A stretch of 64,000 nucleotides of DNA, taken from the NCBI GenBank assembly GCA_963848295.1, contig CAWKDB010000010.1, forward strand, positions 3,936,001 to 4,000,000, written 5' to 3'. The stretch comes from an uncultured delta proteobacterium (GTDB taxonomy: Bacteria > Myxococcota_A > Polyangia > Haliangiales > Haliangiaceae). Within the stretch, counting starts at the first letter, position 1. Every line of letters begins with the position of its first letter. Under the pieces are notes generated by a model. That model made no database searches and was not told the DNA's origin. It was given only the letters and a program-made list of their open reading frames with translations. Positions 7,038 to 15,987 of this stretch are shown piece after piece. The translations under genes and the position numbers were made by a program.

Positions 7038-9622
7038 CGGCGACGGCGGCGACGCGCACCCGCGCCGATCGCGATCACGACGATCGCGGCCCAGCCGGTC
7101 GATGGCCCGCTCTCGCACCCGCCGCACGAGCTACCGCCACCGCTGCCGCTGCCGGCATCGCCGAGCGGCGTCACAGGCTCGGTCTGGCCGACGAGCATCA
7201 CGGTGAGCGCGGTAGCGAGTGACGGCGACGAGATCGTGAGCGTGCCGTGATAGCTGAGCGGCGGGTCGGTGTCCGGGCCGGGCCTCGTCGGGTGAAAGCC
7301 GACGCTGAACGTCACCGAGCCCTGCGGCGGCAGCGACGTTGGAAAGTTGGGACTCTCGATCGAGAACGGTTCCTGGATCACCGGTGGCTCGAGCTCGAGC
7401 GTATTCGTGACGTCACAGTTCTGCAGCGTCACGCTCTGGGCGTTCGCTTCGACGACGTGGATCGGCGCCTTGTTGAAGTCGAGCACGCCGGGCGCGATCG
7501 CGCCGCCGGTCGCGGTGAACGTCGCGGTGACCGGTGTCGTCGCGGTCGCGCCGCTGCCGGTGTCATCGGTCGACCAGACGAGCGTGTCGGCGACGCTGCC
7601 AGACGTCAGCTGGCGCAACGGCAACAGCTCGACGCTAGCGGTTTGCTGAGGCCCGATCAGGCTCGGATAGGTCGAGGGTGCGGTGTATTCGAGGACGAAC
7701 GGCGAGGCGTCTCCGAGTTGCAGCGTCGGCGCCATCAGCTCGAGCGTCGCCGGCCCGTTGGTCAGCGCGGCGCGCTTTGCGGTCGTCGGTTGGCCGACGC
7801 AGAACGTCCCGACGTCGATCGGCTGCACCGCGTAGCTCGGCGTCGCGCTGTGCCCGCTGATCGGGATCGAGAGCGTGTTGCCATCGGTGTCGGTCACGGT
7901 CACGTGGTTGCCGAGATCGTGATCTTGCTGCGCATCGTCGATCGGGGTGACGGTGACGGTGAACGTCGCCGGGGTCATCGCCGAGTCGTAGCTCGATAGC
8001 GAGAGGGTCGCGTCGTTGCCGACGAGCGCCGGGTCGCCTTGCAGCCCGACGTGAGCGCCGCCGATCTCCTGGACCACGATGGGCACGGTCACCGCGCCGC
8101 CATCGCTGCGGACCTCGCCGAGCATGATCGCGGTCGGATCGGCGACGAGCCCGGACGATGTTCCGGTACACGACGCGTCGAGCTGGATCGGCGGGCTCGC
8201 GAACGTGTCCGAGCCGGCGCCGGTGATCGTCGCGGTGGTCGTTCCGGGCGCGGTCGGCGCGCACGACGCCGAGAACTTGGTCGGCGTGACGCCGGGCGCG
8301 ACGGGGCCCATCGATGGCGTGACGTCGAACGGGCCGGTCGTCGGCACGAGCGTGAACGTCGCGGTCGTCGGCCGGGTGCCCGGTGTGTTGATCGCGTCGA
8401 GCGCGATCGTCGATGTGCCGGTCGTCGCGACGGTGCCGAAGTCCAACGCGGTCGAACCGCCGAGCAGCGAGAGCGAAGCGCCGCCGCCGGTGCCGTCGAG
8501 CGGGATCGTCAGCGTTCGTTCCGCGGTGTCGTGATAGCTCACGAGCAACGACGCGCGACGCACCGCGATCTGCGACGGATCGAACGTCACGGCGAGGTCG
8601 ACTTCGTCGCCTTGCACGAGGGTACAGGTCGACATCGCCGAGATCGTGCCGCTGCACTTTCCACTCGCGATGTAGGACCAGTCGGCGCCGGCGCCCTCAT
8701 CGACGTCGATCGGCGGCTCGACGTCATCGATCACGAGCGAGCCCCCGCCGGTGTTCGAGACCCGGATCGTCGAGCTCGCGGTGCCCGAGATGACCTCGAC
8801 CGGCGTGGCGACCTCGATCGCGAGCGGTGAAGCGTCGAGCACGGGCGACGACGTCGCGACTCCGGTGCACGTCAACTGGACCGGCGCCGCCAACATCTGG
8901 CCGGTGTCGGTCGCGATGTAGAGGTTCGCGCTCAGCGGCCCGCTGTGCTTGGGCGCGCACGACACGACGATCGGCGTCGAGCTCCCGGTCGGCAGCGGGG
9001 CGATCGGCGCTTCACAAGACGGCTCGTCGATCGGACACGGCAGTTGGACCAGGAAGTCACCGTCGAGATCGTCGAGCTGGAGCGACAGCCGGTCGATCGT
9101 CGTAGCTCCGGTGTTGGTCACCATCAGCGTGGTCGTGCTCGGGATGCCCATCACGACCGTGGAGAAGTCGAAGGTCGCGGGGCTCGCGGTCAACGTCGCG
9201 GCCGTCGCGTAACCACATACGCCCATGAAATCGACGACCGGCAGCCCCGCGTTGTCGCTGCCGTGGAACAGGCACCGCTCCATCCCCGACGGCTCGCCCG
9301 CCAGGCACGAGATCGTGACGTTCTTCGTCGCGCCGGCCGTGAGCGTGATCGGCGTGCCGCCGGCGACGGTCTCGGTGACCGCGGTCTGACACGACGGGTC
9401 GCGGGTGATCGTCTGGATCGTGAAGTCGGTGGTCGCGCTCGTGTTCTTGAGCTGCTGGGTGCCGTTCGCGCCGAACACGACGAGCGCCTCGGGCACGGCC
9501 ACGACGCTCGAGCTCCCGCCGCCTGCGGCGAAAGCGGCTGTGGCTCCCGCGATCGCGACGCACGCGAGCGACATCAGCCGAGAGCGTGCACGTCGCGTCA
9601 TCACGGTCGCTCGATCAACCAA
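7034..9622 (-). CDS. Large surface protein with repeated Ig-like (choice-of-anchor D/ASH-like) domains and MYXO-CTERM-type tail
   Basis: Repeated 'DFG/V.N.G...L' Ig-like units; C-terminus GGC + hydrophobic helix + RRRRRR. Confidence 0.85.
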   Translation of the reverse strand: MVDRATVMTRRARSRLMSLACVAIAGATAAFAAGGGSSSVVAVPEALVVFGANGTQQLKNTSATTDFTIQTITRDPSCQTAVTETVAGGTPITLTAGATKNVTISCLAGEPSGMERCLFHGSDNAGLPVVDFMGVCGYATAATLTASPATFDFSTVVMGIPSTTTLMVTNTGATTIDRLSLQLDDLDGDFLVQLPCPIDEPSCEAPIAPLPTGSSTPIVVSCAPKHSGPLSANLYIATDTGQMLAAPVQLTCTGVATSSPVLDASPLAIEVATPVEVISGTASSTIRVSNTGGGSLVIDDVEPPIDVDEGAGADWSYIASGKCSGTISAMSTCTLVQGDEVDLAVTFDPSQIAVRRASLLVSYHDTAERTLTIPLDGTGGGASLSLLGGSTALDFGTVATTGTSTIALDAINTPGTRPTTATFTLVPTTGPFDVTPSMGPVAPGVTPTKFSASCAPTAPGTTTATITGAGSDTFASPPIQLDASCTGTSSGLVADPTAIMLGEVRSDGGAVTVPIVVQEIGGAHVGLQGDPALVGNDATLSLSSYDSAMTPATFTVTVTPIDDAQQDHDLGNHVTVTDTDGNTLSIPISGHSATPSYAVQPIDVGTFCVGQPTTAKRAALTNGPATLELMAPTLQLGDASPFVLEYTAPSTYPSLIGPQQTASVELLPLRQLTSGSVADTLVWSTDDTGSGATATTPVTATFTATGGAIAPGVLDFNKAPIHVVEANAQSVTLQNCDVTNTLELEPPVIQEPFSIESPNFPTSLPPQGSVTFSVGFHPTRPGPDTDPPLSYHGTLTISSPSLATALTVMLVGQTEPVTPLGDAGSGSGGGSSCGGCESGPSTGWAAIVVIAIGAGARRRRRR

Positions 9623-9696
9623 GGATGCGCTCGCCGGTCACGGCTTTCAACCGCCTCGACGTGGCCAAGAGTAGGCGTGCTAACCTGCGCCGAGCG

Positions 9697-10065
9697 ATGC
9701 CGGGATTTCAGCGCCACGTGTTCGTCTGCATCAACGAGCGCCCGCCAGACCACCCGAAGGGCTCGTGCAAGGCGCGCTGCGGCGTCGAGGTCCGCGACCG
9801 GCTCAAGGCCGAGCTCGGTGCCCGCGGGATCGCGAAGCTCGTGCGCGCGAACAACGCCGGCTGCCTGGACCAGTGCGAGCACGGTGTCACGATGGTCGTT
9901 TACCCGGAGCAAGTCTGGTACGGGGCGGTCACGGTCGATGACATCCCCGAGATCGTCGACAAGCACGTCATCGGCGGCGAGGCGGTCGAACGTCTGATGA
10001 TCCCGGACCAACCGCACCTCGCGGATCGTCGAACGTTTCCGCCGCTGCGCACGGACAAGCCGTGA
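9697..10065 (+). CDS. Thioredoxin-like [2Fe-2S] ferredoxin
   Basis: HVFVCINER..GSC..AGCLDQC..VVYPEQVWY; start MPGFQ. Confidence 0.9.
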   Translation: MPGFQRHVFVCINERPPDHPKGSCKARCGVEVRDRLKAELGARGIAKLVRANNAGCLDQCEHGVTMVVYPEQVWYGAVTVDDIPEIVDKHVIGGEAVERLMIPDQPHLADRRTFPPLRTDKP

Positions 10066-10670
10066 AGCTCGCACTCGCCTTGCTCGCAGCGGTCGCGGTC
10101 CCTGCGCGTGCGCACGCGGATGCGCCGTCGGCCAAGCCGGAAGTCGACGACGCCTCGGTCGAAGCGGCGAGCGAGGCGAACCTCGAATCGCAGGCGCCGC
10201 GTCGTGGCACGACGTTCTCGCTCGCGGTCGGCGGTGCGGCGACGTTCGGGCTCGGCATCGACGACTCGACCGGCCGCGGCGGGTCGCTGTCGTTGCGCGT
10301 CGGCCACGTCATGACCCCGCGTGCGCTGCTGACGTTCGAGCTGACCTCGTTCGCGACGCTGCACGAGATTGGGATGGCGCCGACGACGCTGTTGACGAAC
10401 ACCGACGTCAACCTGCTGGTCGGCGTCCAGCAGTACACCTCGCCATCGCTGTGGGTGCGCGCGGCCGGCGGCATCGGTGCATACAAGCTCGAGCGGGGCG
10501 CGATGCCGACGCTGCACTACGCGGGCCCGACGAGCGCGGTCGGCATCGGCGTCGACATCATCCGCCGCCACTATCTCGTCGTCGCGATCGAGGCCGTGAC
10601 GACCGGGATGCTCAACCGCGACGGCGTGCTGATCTCGAGCATGCTCGGCCTCGGCATCTCGTACTACTGA
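10062..10670 (+). CDS. Exported outer-membrane beta-barrel-like protein
   Basis: Signal peptide AHA, C-terminal GLGISYY, GTGA overlap with the ferredoxin gene. Confidence 0.7.
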   Translation: MKLALALLAAVAVPARAHADAPSAKPEVDDASVEAASEANLESQAPRRGTTFSLAVGGAATFGLGIDDSTGRGGSLSLRVGHVMTPRALLTFELTSFATLHEIGMAPTTLLTNTDVNLLVGVQQYTSPSLWVRAAGGIGAYKLERGAMPTLHYAGPTSAVGIGVDIIRRHYLVVAIEAVTTGMLNRDGVLISSMLGLGISYY

Positions 10671-11028
10671 GTTGATCGCGAACGCGCGCGCTGGCTGCGC
10701 TGTCACAGGGTCCTGCGCGCGGCGCGCGACCGGCGGTGCGGGACCATGGGCGGTGCAACACGTCTTGATACGCCGACGCGTGATGGTCGACTTGGAAGTT
10801 ACGCGCTTGGACCTGTGCAGCTCCGCCTGTCGCGGGGTGGACCCGACCGGAGGTTCTTTCGTCCGGCCGTCGGCGAACCGGCGAGCGAATCTCGCGGGTC
10901 GCGCGCCCGCGATGACGCTCGGGCCTACCCGGCGCAACCGACGCCGCCACGGTTGGCCATGCAGCGGCGACGCACGACGGTCGGTCGAGCGTTGATAGCG
11001 GCGTCAAACTCGGCGGTGGTGGAGTCGC

Positions 11029-11922
11029 TCAGAGCGGGACGGGTTCCGTGGCAACGCCGGCGAACCGCGAGAGCCAATAGGTGCCGGATGGAAACAGGGA
11101 GGCGACTCGCGCCCGCCAGACCGCGAGCGCGAACCGGTACGCGGCAAGGAACGAGCGGTACTTGCCGAGCGCGTCAATGCGCGCCTCGATTTGTCCCGCG
11201 AAGCGCGGACGTAGGTTGCGCCGGGGCGCGAGGGTGGTGGGCGCCTCGTCCCAGCGTTGCTCCAGGATTTGGCGGCGCCCGCAAACCGACGTACCGGTCT
11301 CACGCCGCAGCTCGGCAACCTCGCGCTCGACGCGCTCGACGCCCGCGCGTACCTCGGCGATGAACGCGTCGGCCGGGCCGAGCTCGGCAGGAATCGTCAT
11401 GCGGAGCTCGATCTCGTCGGGCAGCGTACCCGCGTCGCGAAAAAAGTGCCGAGGTCGCGTTGCCCGCAGCGCCCGTCCCGACAGGAGGTTCGTATACGTG
11501 TTCACGCCGGGCCAATGGTGGACGCGCTCGACGAGCCGATCTTTGACCGGATTGGTGACGCCATAGACGACTTTGGCGATCACGGTCTCGCGATCGAGGA
11601 GCCGGGTCACGCATGGCTCCTCCGCGGCCCAGAAGTTCTCCCAGCGTCCGCGCAGCGCATTCTGGCTGCGAGCGACCAGGCTATGAAAGTACGTGATGAA
11701 CTCGGGACATCGACCGTCGCGGTCGTAGATCGTGGTGTGGTGGTGATTCGACTCGGCGAGTGTATGGACCACGTCCATCCCGCAGCGTTGCGCGGCGACC
11801 GCGAGGCAGTAGGCATACGCGTTGTTCGTCGCGGCGTCGGGCCGCAGCAAGAACCACCGGTTCGCACACCGTCGAGTGAGCAAGTAGAACTGGTTGCGCA
11901 GGACTTGGCGAGGTCGCGTCAC
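11029..11922 (-). CDS. RAYT-like HUH/Y1 tyrosine transposase (IS200/IS605 TnpA superfamily)
   Basis: PRQV...YLLTRRC..R.FLLRP start, SNHHH (HUH), ENFW, Y..TNPVK..LV...WPG. Probable GTG start at 11922. Confidence 0.8.
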   Translation of the reverse strand: MTRPRQVLRNQFYLLTRRCANRWFLLRPDAATNNAYAYCLAVAAQRCGMDVVHTLAESNHHHTTIYDRDGRCPEFITYFHSLVARSQNALRGRWENFWAAEEPCVTRLLDRETVIAKVVYGVTNPVKDRLVERVHHWPGVNTYTNLLSGRALRATRPRHFFRDAGTLPDEIELRMTIPAELGPADAFIAEVRAGVERVEREVAELRRETGTSVCGRRQILEQRWDEAPTTLAPRRNLRPRFAGQIEARIDALGKYRSFLAAYRFALAVWRARVASLFPSGTYWLSRFAGVATEPVPL

Positions 11923-12018
11923 ACGCCAGACGTTCGCAAGAACTGCACCATCCGAACCCCGTGATTCTTCCTGAGCGTTTGTCCGAGCTGTCCGAATCTT
12001 GGCCGAGATCCGGCCGGA

Positions 12019-12325
12019 CAATTACCTCCGGTTCATCTCGCTCAGGTCTCGTCTCGCTCAGGTCTCACCTCGCGGCAATTACTCCGGGCCGGTCTCGCTC
12101 GCCCGGCTCCTCGCCGCGGTCCAATTTACCAACGGTCCGGCCTCGGGGCAATTACCTCCGGTCCGGCCTCGCCCCCAATTACCTCCGGTCCGGCCTCGCC
12201 CCCGCCGGCAATTACCCCCGGTCCGGCCTCGGGCCTCGCCCCGCCGGGCAATTACCTCCGGTCCGGCCTCGCCCGCCCGATCCCCAACGGTCCGGCCTCG
12301 GGGCAATTACCTCCGGTCCGGTCCG
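12019..12325 (+). repeat. Irregular tandem array of a ~23-bp unit CAATTACCTCCGGTCCGGCCTCG
   Basis: Units begin at 12019, 12076, 12122, 12149, 12176, 12209, 12249, 12285 (partial) and 12304. Confidence 0.9.
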
Positions 12326-12333
12326 ATCCCCTG

Positions 12334-12401
12334 AGCGCGCGCAGCCGCGAGGGCGCAACGTCGCGATAGCGCGCGCAGCCGCGAGGGCGCAACGTCGCGA
12401 T
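12334..12401 (+). repeat. Perfect 34-bp tandem duplication
   Basis: AGCGCGCGCAGCCGCGAGGGCGCAACGTCGCGAT at 12334-12367 and 12368-12401. Confidence 0.9.
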
Positions 12402-12417
12402 AGCGCGATGCTCGGCG

Positions 12418-14220
12418 CTACAGATCGCCCGGCGTGCCGAGGCGGAAGTCGACGATCTCGCTGTCGACGTTCGCGGTGCCGACCTCGTCGTTCGCGAGGT
12501 TGTCGCCAGCTTGCGCGGACAGGTGTGCGCCCGAGACCGTGTGGATCTCGTAGCGTCCAGTCGAGTCCGTCTCCGCGGTCACCGGCGGCGTGGTCCCCTC
12601 GACCGTCGCGGTCACCGTCGCGCCGGCGATCGGCCGACCGTCTGCGTCGGAGACGACGCCGCTCACGGACTTCCTGTGGCGCGGGCCGACCCCGAGCTCG
12701 ATCTGCGCAGCCGCACCGGCGGGCACCGTGACTTGCACCGGCAGCACGCGGTCGCGCCAGCGCGTCAGCATCGTCAGATCGCACGCCGGGACGTCGTCGA
12801 TCGTGAAGCGCCCGCCGGTCACCGTCACGAGCCGCGGCTCGTGCGACAGCGGGACGCCTCCGCACGACATCAACACCGCGAGGAAGCTGCCTTCGGCGAG
12901 CTCGCTCGTCGTGCCTTCGATCCGGCCGGTACCGGACAACACGAGCCGCGTGTCTTTCGAGGGCGACATCACGGTTTGCTCCGCGATGCCGCGGCTGCCG
13001 GCTTGGACGCGAACGCTGTATTCGCCCGGCACCATGTCGTAGATGTGCCAGCGGCCCTGCTCGTCGGCGCGCTCTTGTTGGCCGAACGCGCCGGCCGCGT
13101 TCGTGGTCGGCAAGATATCGAGATACGCGAGCGGCACCGGATCGCCGTTCGCGTCGACGACGACGCCCGACATCGTCGGCTCGCGCGCCGGAATCTGGAA
13201 CACGACATCGGTGAACCGCGCGCCCGACTGACACGTGAACGTGCGCGGCTGCGACGGCGGTGACTTCCACGGCCACGCGCGCAACGCGACCTCGCCTTCG
13301 ATCGGCATCGACCAGTGGAACGCGCCGCCGTGCTCGATCCTGCCCGACGGGTTGAACCCGCCCTCGATCTGCATCTCGATCGCGCCGTCGGGTGCGGGCT
13401 TGCCCTCGGCATCGACGACGCGCCCGGTGACGATACAACCCGCCGCGAGCGTGACGTTGCTCGTGACGCTCTCGCCCGCGTTGACGTGGAACACCGCGCC
13501 GCGACTCGTCGTGAACCGCGGTTCGCTCGCTTCGACGAGGTAGCGACCCTCGGCAACGCGCAGCGAGAACCGCCCGTCCGCGTCGCTCTCGGTGACGTCG
13601 GTGCCCAGCGCCGGCCGGAGCAGGCCTCCGCGGGCACGGACCGCCGCGCCCGAGATCGGCCGATTCTGCTCGTCGGTCACGCGTCCTTCGATCTTCGCGC
13701 CGCGCACGACGAGCAATTCGACGTGACCGACGTCCGCATTCGCCACGACGCGCGGCATCAGCGCTTCATCGGGCAGCCCCGCGATGTCGAGGCGCGGAGT
13801 AAAATCGTTGCGCACGCGATCGCGTGGTCCGACGGTGAGCACCGTATCGTCGCGCACGAACAGCCGGTACTCTCCGCGCGCGACCTCGACGTGGAACGTC
13901 CCGTCGGCGCCGGCCGTGATCGATTCGTCGCCGAGCGCGCTGCGCACGACGATCTCGACGTTACCGACCGGAGTCGCCGTCGCCGTGTCGAGCACGGTGC
14001 CCGAGATCGTGACGGTGCCAGACTCGTGCGGGAAGGCGATCGGCCCGCGCACCTTCGCACGGCGAAGCGCGTCCGCGAGATCGGGCACGATGCCGGTCCG
14101 CGCGTTCGGGTCGTGGCGCGCCTCCGCGGCCTGGTCGTGGCCGCCACCGCGCAGGACGAGCCACAGCGCGATCACCAGCGCGAGGCACGCGGCGAGCGAT
14201 ACGCGGGACCTGCGCGTCAT
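12418..14220 (-). CDS. Carboxypeptidase-regulatory-like repeat membrane-anchored protein
   Basis: Repeated ISG.V.D..G.PI.GA.V / TD..G.F units; N-terminal TM helix. Confidence 0.85.
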   Translation of the reverse strand: MTRRSRVSLAACLALVIALWLVLRGGGHDQAAEARHDPNARTGIVPDLADALRRAKVRGPIAFPHESGTVTISGTVLDTATATPVGNVEIVVRSALGDESITAGADGTFHVEVARGEYRLFVRDDTVLTVGPRDRVRNDFTPRLDIAGLPDEALMPRVVANADVGHVELLVVRGAKIEGRVTDEQNRPISGAAVRARGGLLRPALGTDVTESDADGRFSLRVAEGRYLVEASEPRFTTSRGAVFHVNAGESVTSNVTLAAGCIVTGRVVDAEGKPAPDGAIEMQIEGGFNPSGRIEHGGAFHWSMPIEGEVALRAWPWKSPPSQPRTFTCQSGARFTDVVFQIPAREPTMSGVVVDANGDPVPLAYLDILPTTNAAGAFGQQERADEQGRWHIYDMVPGEYSVRVQAGSRGIAEQTVMSPSKDTRLVLSGTGRIEGTTSELAEGSFLAVLMSCGGVPLSHEPRLVTVTGGRFTIDDVPACDLTMLTRWRDRVLPVQVTVPAGAAAQIELGVGPRHRKSVSGVVSDADGRPIAGATVTATVEGTTPPVTAETDSTGRYEIHTVSGAHLSAQAGDNLANDEVGTANVDSEIVDFRLGTPGDL

Positions 14221-14277
14221 GGCAATGAGACACCGCGACCGGTGCCGTGGTTTCCTGGTGGTAGCACCAAGGCCGAG

Positions 14278-15066
14278 TCAGGCCAGGGCTTCGATGAGGA
14301 CGGCGGTGATGTTGTCTTTGCCGCCGCGTTGGTTCGCGAGGCCAATTGCCGCTTCGGCGCACTCGTCGAGCGCGCCCTCGGCGCACAGCTCGGTAACCTC
14401 GCGATCCGTCGTGAAATAGCCGTGTAGGCCATCACTGCACAACAGGAAGCGATCGCCGACGCCGATGTCGATGTCGGCGGTATCGACCTGGACATAGTCC
14501 TTGTGACCAACAGCGCGGGTGATGACGTTCTTCCCGCTCGCCTTTTCGGCCTCCTCTTTCGTCATCATCCCGTGCTTGACCTTGTAGTTGATCAGCGTGT
14601 GGTCCTCGGTCAGCTGGAGCACGTTCTGCTGGCGGACGCGATAGACCCGCGAATCACCGACGTGGGCCGCGAACGCCAACCCGGCCCGGATCAGCAACGC
14701 CGACAGCGTGGTCGACATGCCCTTTTTCTCGGGGTCGAGCTCGGCCATCCCGAACACCATGTAGCAAGCCTGCTTGACCCCGCTCTCGAGGAGTCGGCGG
14801 ATCTCCCACACGCACTCCGCGTCGCCGAACGTGACGCGTTCGACGAGCCGGTCGAGGTCGCGCGAGGCGCCGTAGACCCACGAGGTCAGCAGCTCGACCG
14901 CCTCGCGGCTCGCGATCTCCCCCTTGTTGTGACCGCCGACACCGTCGGCGACGATGTAGAACCCACGCGAATCATCGCGGAAGAACGCGTCCTCGTTGAT
15001 CTGACGCTTCCTCCCGACGTCCGTACGCGCCACCGACTGAAGCTTCACGGGCGTAAAGCGTATCAT
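14278..15066 (-). CDS. PP2C-family Ser/Thr protein phosphatase
   Basis: TDVGRKR..NED, VADGVGG, HVGDSR, LCSDGL, GGKDNIT. Confidence 0.95.
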   Translation of the reverse strand: MIRFTPVKLQSVARTDVGRKRQINEDAFFRDDSRGFYIVADGVGGHNKGEIASREAVELLTSWVYGASRDLDRLVERVTFGDAECVWEIRRLLESGVKQACYMVFGMAELDPEKKGMSTTLSALLIRAGLAFAAHVGDSRVYRVRQQNVLQLTEDHTLINYKVKHGMMTKEEAEKASGKNVITRAVGHKDYVQVDTADIDIGVGDRFLLCSDGLHGYFTTDREVTELCAEGALDECAEAAIGLANQRGGKDNITAVLIEALA

Positions 15067-15101
15067 GGCGATAACAGCGCCCGCTTGCTACGATCGTCGA
15101 G

Positions 15102-15952
15102 ATGAGCGATGGGGCGGACACCGCGGAGCCGGTATCGGCGTTGACCGCCGTGCTGCGCGAGCGATCCAGCGAGATCCTCGCGAGCTGGCTCGTGCGGTTC
15201 GAGCGCTCTTCCCTGCGGTTTCAGCGCGCGACGAAGGCGTCCGACCACACCGCGCAAGTCGCGAGCCTGATCGAGGGGCTGACGGTCGCGGCCGCGACCG
15301 GCGAGCTGCAATCCGGGTCCGATGCGACGCGCGAGCTCGAGCGCACCGCCGCGTTTCTCGGCGCCCAATTCGCGAGCCAGGGCGCGACCGGGTTCGATGT
15401 CGCGGCCGTGCTTGCTCGAGCTGCGCGACGTGCTCGCCGGAGTCGCGCCGCCCGCCGATGCCGCGGCGTTGACCCGCTTGTTCGAGTGGCTCTCGGTGAT
15501 CGCGCTCGATCAGTTCGCGGCGGGGGGCCTCCAGTCGTTGCGCGAGCAGACCGCCGAGCAACTCGACTCCGGAACGCCGGTGCTCGAGCTGCTTCCGAAA
15601 GTGCCTGCGGTCATGCTCGTCGGGGCGCCGAGCGCGGGAGTCGTCGATAGCCTGCTCGCGCGTGCCTGGATGCTCGCGGTCGGGCACGGGGGCGCCCTGC
15701 CTCGTGATCCACTGCGCCGGACTTAACGAAGCGGGCGAACGCAGCCTCGAGCGCAGCTACGACGGGTTCCTCGAGCAAGTCGAAGGCAGCGCGCTCCAGA
15801 TCTTGCTCGCGGGGGCGCGCCGTCAGGTGCGCGACGTCCTGACCGCGAAGACGACCGAGCGCGGCCTCGCGATCCAGCACTTCGATAGGCTCGACAGCGC
15901 GGTCGCGCACGCCGTCGAACGCGCAGGGTATTTGCTCATGCGCCGAACCTAA
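15102..15952 (+). CDS. RsbR-like protein (helical sensor + STAS-like domain) with two apparent +1 frameshifts
   Basis: One coherent protein is spread over ORFs 15102, 15322 and 15662, with shifts near 15411 and 15683. TPVLEL..V...LVG resembles a STAS start. Confidence 0.65.
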
Positions 15953-15987
15953 AGTCCGACGACGGACTGTGTTAACCTCTACGCACG

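Noticed and set aside
12019..12325. CRISPR array
   Set aside because: Spacers are 3-35 bp, irregular and made of repeat fragments; no cas genes or AT-rich leader.
11961..12731. Repeat-containing proteins (GNYLRSG / QLPPVRPR) over the array
   Set aside because: Irregular unit spacing shifts the frame between copies, so these are by-products of a DNA-level repeat.
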